Of a DNA stretch of 64,000 nt, positions 50,345 to 59,147 are shown piece by piece; position 1 is the first letter of the stretch; each line of letters begins with the position of its first letter. The notes beneath the pieces were generated by a model, which saw only the letters and a list, made by a program, of their open reading frames with translations, was not told the DNA's origin and did no database searches. Source of the stretch: Terriglobia bacterium (GTDB lineage: Bacteria; Acidobacteriota; Terriglobia; Terriglobales; Acidobacteriaceae); contig CAWCHA010000003.1 of NCBI GenBank assembly GCA_963795245.1, positions 212,649-276,648 on the forward strand. The letters are read 5' to 3'. The translations under genes were made by a program, and so were the position numbers.

Positions 50345-50418
50345 GCATGGTCGTCGCGTGCGTAGATCGTCGCATGCATAGATCGTCGCATGCGTAGATC
50401 GTTGCGTGCTTGATCGCG
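50345..50418 (+). repeat. 16-nt tandem direct repeat x4-5 upstream of the response regulator
   Basis: tggtcgtcgcgtgcgta / gatcgtcgcatgcata / gatcgtcgcatgcgta / gatcgttgcgtgctt / gatcgcg.. It ends about 33 nt before the ATG at 50451. Confidence 0.8.
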
Positions 50419-50450
50419 AAAGGCGAACTCAGTTCGAGAGGAGTAACCGG

Positions 50451-50846
50451 ATGCCAACCCGTATCCTGATTGTCGATGACGATCCAACCATTCGCATGCT
50501 GTTACGCAGGCTGCTGGACCGGCAACCTGGGTGGCAAGTTTGTGGCGATGCCAGCAATGGCGCCGAGGCCATCGAAAGGGTCGAGCAACTTGATCCCGAT
50601 ATTGTGGTTATGGATCTCAGCATGCCGGTCATGACGGGACTGCAAGCTGGGCCTGAAATTGCCAAATCGCACCCTGAATTGCCCATGCTGCTCATCAGCG
50701 TTCAGGAAGTGTCACGGCAACTTGCGCGCGAGGCGCTGAATGCCGGTTACCGGGGCGCAGTCACCAAGAATAGCGGCACCGAGGTATTACGCGGGGTTGA
50801 GGCTCTGTTGCGGCAGGAGCCGTTCTTCTACGCGGATAATGGCTGA
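50451..50846 (+). CDS. single-domain response regulator (receiver only)
   Basis: ORF 50406-50846 with ATG at 50451. MPTRILIVDDDPTIRMLL..DIVVMDLSMPVMTG.. Confidence 0.8.
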   Translation: MPTRILIVDDDPTIRMLLRRLLDRQPGWQVCGDASNGAEAIERVEQLDPDIVVMDLSMPVMTGLQAGPEIAKSHPELPMLLISVQEVSRQLAREALNAGYRGAVTKNSGTEVLRGVEALLRQEPFFYADNG

Positions 50847-51077
50847 GCCCTCTCGAAGAAATTGGGTCTCTAGCCCGGTGCGGAATCAGACAAACCATGT
50901 GGGGACAACCGCCCTCGGTTGTCCGGTCGGGCGCAGTCCGACAGGTTTTCCTGCTGACCAACCTAGCAAAGTTGCGCTCCGCCGGGCGACAGGGGGCGGT
51001 GTCTCCACGTGATTCTTGCTTCTTCCAGACAACGGATAGCCGCGGCAAATCATCGAAAGCGCCGAGGTGAAATAGAT

Positions 51078-51437
51078 ATGCGCTCTCGCTTGGGATTTTC
51101 TGTGTTCGCGCTTGTCTTGTTAGGTGGATTGTCTGCCTGTGCGCCCAACCAGAATTCCCAGGATCTTAAGGAGAGGACCGCTCGCGCTACGGCGGAATTG
51201 AAAAGTGACGCGAAGGCCGTGGCATCCGGAGTGAAGGAAGGTTGGAGCCGGGACAAACCTCTCGACATAAATTCAGCGACCCGGGAACAGTTGAGCAGCT
51301 TGCCGGGTGTGACCGACGCGGAAGCGGATCGTGTGATTGCGGGACGTCCTTACGATGATCCGGCGCAACTTGTGACTCGAAAGATTCTTCCCAAGAGTGA
51401 GTACGACACGATTGCAGACCGTCTGAAGGCGAAATGA
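51078..51437 (+). CDS. ComEA-like helix-hairpin-helix lipoprotein
   Basis: ORF 51009-51437 with ATG at 51078. Lipobox LLGGLSAC. HhH motif INSATREQLSSLPGVTDAEADRVIAGRPY. Confidence 0.7.
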   Translation: MRSRLGFSVFALVLLGGLSACAPNQNSQDLKERTARATAELKSDAKAVASGVKEGWSRDKPLDINSATREQLSSLPGVTDAEADRVIAGRPYDDPAQLVTRKILPKSEYDTIADRLKAK

Positions 51438-51459
51438 ACGGACGCCGGCGCTCTGCCAG

Positions 51460-52926
51460 TTAGATCGCGACTCCACGTAACGCTTCATCGCGGATTCTTT
51501 CAACGTGCGACGGAAGCCAGCGGTTCGGCGCATGCTTTCCCGTCAGACGGATGGGCAGGTAATTGTCGGTCAGTCCTTCCGTATATTCGCCGTCTTCATC
51601 CCTTCCTGTAGCGTTCAGCGTGATGACCTCCATTGATGTGCTGACAAAAGTATTCATAAACGCCAATTTCTTGACGGCGGCGATTTCACGCAAAGCGCGG
51701 TTGCGATCTCGAGCGACGTGTCCCGGAACCTGTTTGCCCGATTGGGCGGCGGGCGTCCCCGGACGCGCCGAGTAAGTGAAGACATGCAGATAAGTAAAGG
51801 GAAGATCTTCAATAAGGCGGCGGGTCTCGTCGAACTCCGCGTCAGTCTCGCCCGGAAACCCGACCATGACATCCGCTCCGATGGCAGCGGTCGGCATCGC
51901 GGCGCGGATCTTCTCGATCTTCTCGCGGTAATGCCACGGACGATATTTGCGGTGCATCCGGCGAAGCACAGCGTCGCTGCCAGATTGCAACGGGACATGC
52001 GCGTGCCGGGCGATACGCGGAGACCCCGCCACAAGCTGAATCAGGTCGTCGCTCCAATCCATGGGCTCGACGGAACTGATGCGAAGTTTTTCCAGCGCTG
52101 TTTCCGAAAGAATCGCGCGAACAAGGTCTTCGAAAACCGGTCGTTGGCCATTGGTTGTTGGCCGTTGGCCGGTCTTGCTGAGAGCTGAAGGCTGAGGGCT
52201 GATAGCTGCCTGTCCGACAGCCAGGTCTCTACCCCATCGGCCTAAATTGATCCCGGAAATGACCACTTCGCGATAGCCTGCACCGACCAAAGTCCGAACT
52301 TCACGAATCACTTCGTCCAACTGCAGCGAGCGGCTCTGGCCCCGGACGTAAGGAATCACGCAGAACGAGCAACGGTTGTCGCAACCATCCTGCACTTTCA
52401 GGTTGGGGCGGGTACGCTCGTTGGCGGCGTCGAATACGGGAGCAGCCTGGAGTTCGGTGTGGGCAAAGATGTCGGAGACGAAGATCGGACTTCGCCCTTC
52501 CGCCCTCGGACTTCGGTCGTCGGATATAAGCTGCGCCAGCGGGACGAAAGTGGATTGTTGTGGCTGAGGCCCGCCGTCCGCCGTCCGAGGTCCGACACCC
52601 GCGATTTCGGCCAGTCGATGTTTATGCGAGTTGCCGACCACCTGGCTTACGCCGGGCAAGGCAGCGATTTCCTCGGGCGCGCGTTGCGCGTAACAACCCG
52701 TGACCACGATCCGGGCTAGCGGATTCTGACGATGAATGCGGCGAATCGCGGCGCGAGCGTCCTGGTCGGCGGCGGCCGTCACGGTGCAGGTGTTGAGGAC
52801 CACGAGCCCTGCTTCTGCTGCCTCGCCGGCGCGCTCAAGACCGCGCTCCCGCAACTGGCGCTCGATGGCAGCGCCATCCGCCTGGGTAGCGCGGCATCCG
52901 AAATTCGCTACGTAGAAAGTTGCCAC
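51460..52926 (-). CDS. mtaB: radical-SAM methylthiotransferase, MtaB-like, with two repeat-derived insertions
   Basis: 488-aa ORF MATFYVANFGCRATQADG..VLNTCTVT..VTGCYAQ..QDGCDNRCSFCVIPYVRG..HVPLQSGSD..GFPGETD.. Confidence 0.8.
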   Translation of the reverse strand: MATFYVANFGCRATQADGAAIERQLRERGLERAGEAAEAGLVVLNTCTVTAAADQDARAAIRRIHRQNPLARIVVTGCYAQRAPEEIAALPGVSQVVGNSHKHRLAEIAGVGPRTADGGPQPQQSTFVPLAQLISDDRSPRAEGRSPIFVSDIFAHTELQAAPVFDAANERTRPNLKVQDGCDNRCSFCVIPYVRGQSRSLQLDEVIREVRTLVGAGYREVVISGINLGRWGRDLAVGQAAISPQPSALSKTGQRPTTNGQRPVFEDLVRAILSETALEKLRISSVEPMDWSDDLIQLVAGSPRIARHAHVPLQSGSDAVLRRMHRKYRPWHYREKIEKIRAAMPTAAIGADVMVGFPGETDAEFDETRRLIEDLPFTYLHVFTYSARPGTPAAQSGKQVPGHVARDRNRALREIAAVKKLAFMNTFVSTSMEVITLNATGRDEDGEYTEGLTDNYLPIRLTGKHAPNRWLPSHVERIRDEALRGVAI

Positions 52927-52985
52927 GTCTTCATACTAATGCAGGCAAGAGTGTCCGAGGCGATCAGCTGGTTCGAAAAGGCTTG

Positions 52986-53043
52986 AACCACGAAGGACAC
53001 GACGGTACACGAAGGAAAGCCGGAGATTGAATGCTTCGTGGTT
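52986..53043. repeat. family D element (degenerate)
   Basis: aaccacgaaggacacgacggtacacgaaggaaagccggagattgaatgcttcgtggtt. Confidence 0.7.
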
Positions 53044-53205
53044 GATGATTTACGGGCACCACGCAGCCTTGAAGGCGGAAATCATCCGGCTTCGCCGCGC
53101 ACACTGATCCTCAGCAGACAGGATTCAATTGTGAATCGGGAAGGCGGGGAGGAAGGAGAGCCGCCGACTCGGGAATCGTCTACAAGTTCAGTTTTTGCTA
53201 AACCC

Positions 53206-53520
53206 TCAGGCCGAGGCCACTTGCCGCTTCTGCTGGAAACATTCCCGGCAGAACACCGGACGCCCCTGCGTCGGCTTGAATGGCACGGTGGTTTCCTTGC
53301 CACATTCCGAACACGTGGTGCGCGTTTCCACTTTAGCGAAGCCATTGCCTTGCCCCGATGGCGCGGCCCCTAAAACTGAAACTCGCTTGGTCTTGCAGGC
53401 TTTGCAGCGTTTGGGTTCGTTCTTGAACTGCTTGTCGTAAAAGAACAACTGTTCGCCTGCGGTGAAAATAAAATCCCCACTACAGTCGATGCACTTCAAT
53501 ACCTTGTCCTGAAATTCCAT
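53206..53520 (-). CDS. zinc-ribbon (2 x CxxC pairs) protein
   Basis: ORF 53206-53544. The likely start is MEFQDKVLKCIDCSGDFIFTAGEQLFFYDKQFKNEPKRCKACK..CSECGKETTVPFKPTQGRPVFCRECF. Confidence 0.75.
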   Translation of the reverse strand: MEFQDKVLKCIDCSGDFIFTAGEQLFFYDKQFKNEPKRCKACKTKRVSVLGAAPSGQGNGFAKVETRTTCSECGKETTVPFKPTQGRPVFCRECFQQKRQVASA

Positions 53521-53738
53521 TGAGAGATGCTCCCTTCGGCCCATGGCCTGAAACCCGCGTACCCGTGCACGCGTGAAATCAGGTTCGTTGCCCCCTCAAG
53601 CTACGACCTGGAATATTTGTTCCCCTGGACTCGGCCCTCCATGTCTTTTCACATGGTCACTGCTTGCAAATTCGTTCGAACGGGACATTAATCGGATAAG
53701 GAAATGGGCCACCACATGGCGTGGCAGCCCAATTGAAC

Positions 53739-53936
53739 CTAATCTTGCTCTTTGCGTGCTTTTTTCCTGCTACGCTTACGAGCCAGCGCTTCTTTTACGC
53801 GCTTTTTCTCGCCTGGCTTCAGGTAAAAGGAGTGACGCTTGACCTCCTTGATGATGTCTTCCTGTTGCACTTTGCGCTTGAAGCGACGCAATGCATTTTC
53901 GAGGGATTCTCCCTCCTGCATTCTTACTTCTGCCAA
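53739..53936 (-). CDS. rpsU: 30S ribosomal protein S21
   Basis: 65-aa ORF MAEVRMQEGESLENALRRFKRKVQQEDIIKEVKRHSFYLKPGEKKR. Confidence 0.93.
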   Translation of the reverse strand: MAEVRMQEGESLENALRRFKRKVQQEDIIKEVKRHSFYLKPGEKKRVKEALARKRSRKKARKEQD

Positions 53937-54071
53937 CTTGAACTACACCCCCAAACCAGTCCCGTTTAGACGGGCTTAGTTATCGCAAGGTTCCTACGGC
54001 AAGTCAAGTGGTATATGGAATTTTCGCTTGAAGAAAACGTGAAAAAGTCCCTATTTATCACACAATTACAG

Positions 54072-57000
54072 TCAGTAGATCAGCTTCAGGGCGAGTTGGA
54101 TCTGCCGGGGAGCGTATGCGTCCGTGGCGCGGAGGAAGGTCGAGGGCACCCGATACTGCGCGGGAAAGATATTGATTCCAATTGTCTTAGAGGTTTGCAC
54201 AAACTGCGCCGCGTTGCTCTCAAATCCGTCCTGCGTAATCTGGACGCGCTGGTTGTCACGATTGAACAGGTTGAATGACTCGGCCATCAGTTCCAGCTTG
54301 ATCCTGTCGCCTGCATAGAGGCGGCGCGTGAGTCGAAAGTCTGTAGTGGCGTAGTTGGGGCCGACCAGCGAGTTGCGCGAAACTCCGGGAAGGCGGTCGT
54401 TGGAGTTATTGCCGTCCTGATTGGCATCGCCGGTAACGGTCGCACTCACGGGCCTTCCGCTGCCGTAGGTGAAGACGCTCGAAGCTTTCCAGTTGTTGAA
54501 GAATCTTGCCAGCCACTCGTGATCCCGATCAAAAGGTTTGGGAGCCAGCACAAAAGAGAAAACAAAGCGTTGTCGCTGATCGGTAACGCTCGGGCCTTTT
54601 TCCGAATTCGGCGCGTAAGAATTCTGCACCGTCGCCGGACGCCCCGCCACCAGCGCATCCTGTCCGTCATCGATCGCGTGCGCGAAGGTGTAGGAGAGCA
54701 TGAAGTAGACACCGCTGGTCATGCGCCGTCGAATGGAGAGCGTGGCCCCATGATAGACGCTCGACGCAGCACTCTCGAATACGTTAATCGATCCCAGTTG
54801 CGGAATAGGCCGGGCCAGCGGATTGATGCAGGGAGGAAAGGGGCAGGTCAGCGACTGCGTTGGCTGCACCGTCGAGAAAGAGGCCACGTCGTAGTACGCG
54901 CCGCTGAAGTTTGTTCCGGTCGCATCATAGACCGGGTAAGCAACGTTGACCGGCGGCGGCAGATTCTCGTCGCGTGCTCGTATCAAATCCACGCCATGGA
55001 CGTACATATAAGAAACGCCGACGGCCAGGCGATGTGCGACTTCCCGTTCCACGTTGAGACTGGCCTGCTGCACTCTGGGAGTTTTGAAATTGTGCGAAAA
55101 CGCAGAGATGTCTGCCTGCTCGAGCTGCGCCAGCCCGGAAGGCAGTTCGCAGTTTGCTGCACTCACCGGACAGTTCACCAGCGGATTGGGATACTGGGGA
55201 AATACCTGGTGATCGTAAAAATTATTGTTATTCAAAAATAGAAAGTTTCCCGTCAAACCGTTGTCGCTCTGCACCGCGGATGTATAGATCTGGGGAATGC
55301 GAGTGTAGAAGAGTCCATATCCCGCGCGAATCACTGTCGGCCGTTCTTTCCCGATGGAGTATGCCAGCCCCACTCTCGGAGCAAAATTCCCCGTGTTATA
55401 CGGGACGCGGCCGGCATCCGGCCAGAGCGCGTTGGATTGCAAACCTTTCGTGGTGAATGTCTGCAGGTCGTAACGCGCTCCAAGGCTCAACGCCAGATGA
55501 TCGGAAACGCGGATCGTGTCCTGCACAAATCCTGCGTATTCGTTGGTGTCAGGATGGGTGACCGACGGGCCGAAGCTCTGCAAATAGTAGTGCGGTACAG
55601 CGTGCGCATAAGCGCGCAGCGGCGTCAGCTCGAGTCCGGATTCCTGCGGCTCAAAAGTGAATGGGTTCACCTTGATGGGATCGAAGATGTATTCCCCGCC
55701 GCCGAGCGAAGGAAAGAAGTTATAGATCCAGGTCAGGAGCACATCGCCGCCAAACTTCCAGGAATTCCGGCTACCTTCCACGCTCAGAGTTTCGGCCAGG
55801 TGCAAGCGGTGCTCGCGAGTCTGGCGGGGAAGAATCGAGGAGCGTCCGAAGCCGTCGATCAGGTTGGGAATCTTGCTGAGCGGATCGCTGCTGTTGGCGG
55901 CGGATGCCTGCAGGTCGCGCGAGAACTGGGCCCGGAACCGGCTCACGAGCCGGAAAGAGAGATTGGTTGTGAGAGCCAATGCCCCGGTTTCGGTGGAGAC
56001 ATCCTCCTCACCGTTATCGCTGATGCCGAAGTTGGTCAGCGGGCTGGCGGGATCGAGGAAGACGTTATTCTGTCCGTAGTAGCGCGAAGTGTTCAGCCGT
56101 AGAGTGAGGTTGTTGTGCTGGTTGAGCACGAGATCCAGTTTGAAGAACCCGGCATTTCCCAACATGGCCGAAGGGAACGTACCGGCCTGCTTGGAGAGTT
56201 CCGCTGCCGAGGCGAATACCAGCGCCTGGTCGGAAGCTTCGTAATCGCCCGGAGTTTCCGGCCCAGTCCCGGCCTTGGGAACCACCACTGAACTTCCGTC
56301 GGCAAAACGCACCACCGTGGGTATGTGAAAGATGTGCTGATCGAAGCCGGCAAAGAAAAATGCACGATTGCGCTTGATCGGGCCGCCCAGCGTAAATCCA
56401 AACTGCTGCTGTCGATCATGCGGTTTGAAATCCATGAAAGGATGCGTGGCGGAGAGCGCGCTGTCGCGCAGGAAGTAGAAATCGGTTCCGTGCAAACGAT
56501 TCGAGCCCGACTTGGTGACCACATTCACTACCGCGCCTCCGGCGCGTCCCAGGTCGGCGCCGTAGGTGTTTGAGGAGACGCGAAACTCCTGCACTACTTC
56601 GTTGGAAAACTGATAGGGCGCGCGATAGCGGCCGCGAGCCTGTCCGAAGAACGCGTTGTTGTTGTCTCCGCCATCGACCAGGTAGCTGGATTGGAATCCG
56701 CGGATGCCGCCGAAAGCGAGGTCGCCATTCGATCCGGAAGTCAGCCCGCGCGGGTCCTGCGTGACGCCCGGAGTCAGCAAGGCCAGGTCCGTGAATCGTC
56801 GTCCGTTGAGGGGAAGTTCGTTCACGGCCCGTTCGTCAATCAAGGAAGAAATACCGCTGGGCTGGCTTTCGACCAATGGCGGCTCCCCGGAAACCGTGAT
56901 CGTTTCTTTGGCTCCGGCAACCGCCAGTTTGAAAATTAGTTCCGTTGTGCCCCCAACATCCACATGAAGAGACGGCGTGGTTTGCGGGGACATACCCGGC

Positions 57001-57245
57001 GATTCGGCGCGGGCCGAATAGTCCCCCGGCGGTAGAAGTTCGAAAGCGAAACGCCCGAAGCCGTCGCTGATCGTGGCGTAGCGGAAGTTGGTGGCAACAT
57101 TCACCAGCACGACACTGGAAGCGCCAATTCGCGCACCGGCAGAGTCGCCCACGGTGCCCCGTATGGCTCCGGTGGAGGTGTCCTGCGAGAAAGCGGTGAC
57201 GGAACAAAATAAAACAACAAGACTACAGAAACCACGGTTCGGCAT
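54072..57245 (-). CDS. TonB-dependent receptor with N-terminal carboxypeptidase-regulatory-like domain
   Basis: 1057-aa ORF. Signal peptide, GAIRGTVGDSAGARIGASSVVLVNVATNFRYATISDGFGRFAFELLPPGDYS, a plug-like region and a long beta-barrel ending in QLALKLIY (aromatic terminus). Confidence 0.88.
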   Translation of the reverse strand: MPNRGFCSLVVLFCSVTAFSQDTSTGAIRGTVGDSAGARIGASSVVLVNVATNFRYATISDGFGRFAFELLPPGDYSARAESPGMSPQTTPSLHVDVGGTTELIFKLAVAGAKETITVSGEPPLVESQPSGISSLIDERAVNELPLNGRRFTDLALLTPGVTQDPRGLTSGSNGDLAFGGIRGFQSSYLVDGGDNNNAFFGQARGRYRAPYQFSNEVVQEFRVSSNTYGADLGRAGGAVVNVVTKSGSNRLHGTDFYFLRDSALSATHPFMDFKPHDRQQQFGFTLGGPIKRNRAFFFAGFDQHIFHIPTVVRFADGSSVVVPKAGTGPETPGDYEASDQALVFASAAELSKQAGTFPSAMLGNAGFFKLDLVLNQHNNLTLRLNTSRYYGQNNVFLDPASPLTNFGISDNGEEDVSTETGALALTTNLSFRLVSRFRAQFSRDLQASAANSSDPLSKIPNLIDGFGRSSILPRQTREHRLHLAETLSVEGSRNSWKFGGDVLLTWIYNFFPSLGGGEYIFDPIKVNPFTFEPQESGLELTPLRAYAHAVPHYYLQSFGPSVTHPDTNEYAGFVQDTIRVSDHLALSLGARYDLQTFTTKGLQSNALWPDAGRVPYNTGNFAPRVGLAYSIGKERPTVIRAGYGLFYTRIPQIYTSAVQSDNGLTGNFLFLNNNNFYDHQVFPQYPNPLVNCPVSAANCELPSGLAQLEQADISAFSHNFKTPRVQQASLNVEREVAHRLAVGVSYMYVHGVDLIRARDENLPPPVNVAYPVYDATGTNFSGAYYDVASFSTVQPTQSLTCPFPPCINPLARPIPQLGSINVFESAASSVYHGATLSIRRRMTSGVYFMLSYTFAHAIDDGQDALVAGRPATVQNSYAPNSEKGPSVTDQRQRFVFSFVLAPKPFDRDHEWLARFFNNWKASSVFTYGSGRPVSATVTGDANQDGNNSNDRLPGVSRNSLVGPNYATTDFRLTRRLYAGDRIKLELMAESFNLFNRDNQRVQITQDGFESNAAQFVQTSKTIGINIFPAQYRVPSTFLRATDAYAPRQIQLALKLIY

Positions 57246-57390
57246 GGACTCGCACCCGCACTACGCGGAATGGTGGACGAGCCCAGACTGGAGATGGGAA
57301 CTTGTTCGGTATATCACGGATAAGGCAGGTCGTCTGTGACGGGCAAACATCTTGGGGTGACCGTCCCGCGCCGGGGATGTTTTTTTGAGT

Positions 57391-57581
57391 TGTCATCCCC
57401 GAGCGAGTAATATCGTCCGCTCGCAGACGATCACAGGAGCCGAAGGACCCCTATTGCTTCTACCGCATTTCACGAGCCTGGAATTTAGCGAATCTGCACA
57501 CCGGCTGCGATACGCTTATAGGGGTCCTTCGACTTCGGCGCTGTTTCGCGAAGCGAAACAACTCCTCCGCTCAGGATGACA
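57391..57581. repeat. palindromic intergenic element, family B (long form), overlapping the cmk stop
   Basis: tgtcatccccgagcgag..ccgaaggacccctattgc .. cttataggggtccttcgacttcgg..ctccgctcaggatgaca. The last 11 nt encode the final cmk codons and TGA. Confidence 0.8.
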
Positions 57582-58263
57582 ATCCCCTTAGCTTGCTTTG
57601 AACCAGTTCTTCCACCCGGTGCAAAACTTCATCTTCGGACAATTGGCTGGAATCGATCATAAGCGCGTCGCTGGCTGCCACCAGCGGGGATATTGCCCGG
57701 GTACGATCGCGGCGGTCGCGTTCGCGGAGCTCCGCGACGACCGCGTGGGCAGCGGCTCCACGGACATTCTGTTGCAGCAATCGCCGTTGTTCACGCACCA
57801 CCGGGTCGGCATCGAGGAAAATTTTCACGTCCGCTCCGGGAAAGACTTTGGTGCCGATGTCGCGGCCTTCCATCACAACGCCGCCGGCCGATCCCATCTC
57901 CTGCTGGCGGGCCACCATCCACCGGCGCACCGCGGGATGGACGGAGACGCGCGATGCCGCCTCGGTTACATCCGGCTCCCGCACCCGCTGGCTGACATCG
58001 CGGCCGTCAAGCAATACGCGATTGCCGCCCATGGTCGGTTCGAGGTGAATACGCGTCTCGTGGGCCAGTTTGTCGAGAGCGCGCTCTTCGTCGAATGAGA
58101 TATCCCATTCGATCGCTTTCAACGCCAGGGCACGGTACATGGCGCCGCTTTCCAGGTTGACATAACCCAGCTTGCGCGCCAGACGCGACGCGATCGTGCT
58201 CTTGCCCACGCCAGCCGGTCCGTCGATGGCGATGATGAGTTTGCGTGCAGAGGTCGAGATCAT
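57571..58263 (-). CDS. cmk: cytidylate kinase
   Basis: ORF 57571-58434. The likely start is MISTSARKLIIAIDGPAGVGKSTIASRLARKLGY at 58263. The sequence upstream of it translates a repeat element. Confidence 0.88.
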   Translation of the reverse strand: MISTSARKLIIAIDGPAGVGKSTIASRLARKLGYVNLESGAMYRALALKAIEWDISFDEERALDKLAHETRIHLEPTMGGNRVLLDGRDVSQRVREPDVTEAASRVSVHPAVRRWMVARQQEMGSAGGVVMEGRDIGTKVFPGADVKIFLDADPVVREQRRLLQQNVRGAAAHAVVAELRERDRRDRTRAISPLVAASDALMIDSSQLSEDEVLHRVEELVQSKLRGLSS

Positions 58264-58309
58264 CCGGAAGGAAATAATTGTACACGGGCAGCTGAAGGCA
58301 AAGACGTCG

Positions 58310-58379
58310 CCACGGATTTGCGCGAATGTTACGGATTTGAATCTTGATTTTAATCCGTGGGCATTCGCGAAATCCGTGG
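58310..58379. repeat. palindromic element, family G (AATCCGTGG words)
   Basis: ccacggatttgcgcgaatgttacggatttgaatc // gattttaatccgtgggcattcgcgaaatccgtgg. Confidence 0.8.
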
Positions 58380-58399
58380 CCGAGTTCGAAGGGGTTGAA

Positions 58400-59005
58400 C
58401 TCGCGGCCGGGAAGCGCGAAGCCTGATTGATCAAGTGACGCCAGAGTCACGCGGGCATCGTCGAATCCAGGCGCTGAGTAAATTCCAAACAAGACGCCCT
58501 GGTAGGCTGCGTCAATAAAGTTCAGATTAGCGGGCCGAATCATCTGGTGTATGGACGCGATCACCTCGGGAAGCTGTGACTTCTTCTTGAGCCCGGCGAT
58601 GCGGTCGAGTTCCGGTTGCAGCGGTTTGAGGCCGGCTTTGTTGATGGCGTCTTCGTCCATGCAAGAGGCAAAGTAGTCACCCACCTTCTGCTGCACCGGC
58701 GTCCGGCTGGCGAGAAGGCTGCGCTGCCTCTTCCAGCGTGTTATGCACGGCGGCGATGTTCCAGATGGCGAGCATGTTGAACGTTCCCCATCCGCCCTGG
58801 TCGGCGGGAATCGGATTGGCCTTGAGCCACTTGCCGCAGGCGTACTGGAAAAAGTCAGTACAAGGGTCGAGAGTCTTGTCCACCTGATCGATACTGAAAT
58901 GCTCGAGCGCCGGCATCGAACTGGAAGACGGCGCGGGGTCAGTCTGAGCGAAGGATGTTGTGCACAGATGCCAGGAGAACAACTCAAAAGGGCAGAAAAA
59001 CGCAT
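58400..59005 (-). pseudogene. M13-family (PepO-like) metallopeptidase remnant: N-terminal third only, frameshifted
   Basis: ORF 58677-58982 holds ..FSIDQVDKTLDPCTDFFQYACGKWLKANPIPADQGGWGTFNMLAIWNIAAVHNTLEEAAQ. Another frame continues SLLASRTPVQQKVGDYFASCMDEDAINKAGLKPLQPELDRIAGL..LDQSGFALPGRE and then stops matching. No HEXXH domain follows. Confidence 0.7.
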
Positions 59006-59091
59006 AAACCTACCTTCCCGAGCCAGGTGGCCTTTGCATAGACGTGTGAACGTCGAAATGGTAAGTGAGGGGCGGCCATAGACGGCGCATA

Positions 59092-59147
59092 TTTCACGGA
59101 TTTTTCATGTCTGAGCATGATCCGCGAATATCGGTGAGAATCCGTGG
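59092..59147. repeat. family G element
   Basis: tttcacggatttttcatgtctgagcatgatccgcgaatatcggtgagaatccgtggc, ending at the stop codon of the 59148-60071 CDS. Confidence 0.7.

Noticed and set aside
57246-57390. Possible riboswitch (for example cobalamin) in the leader of the TonB-dependent receptor
   Set aside because: I could not find a B12-box-like or other riboswitch core motif by eye. A covariance-model search would be needed before calling anything.
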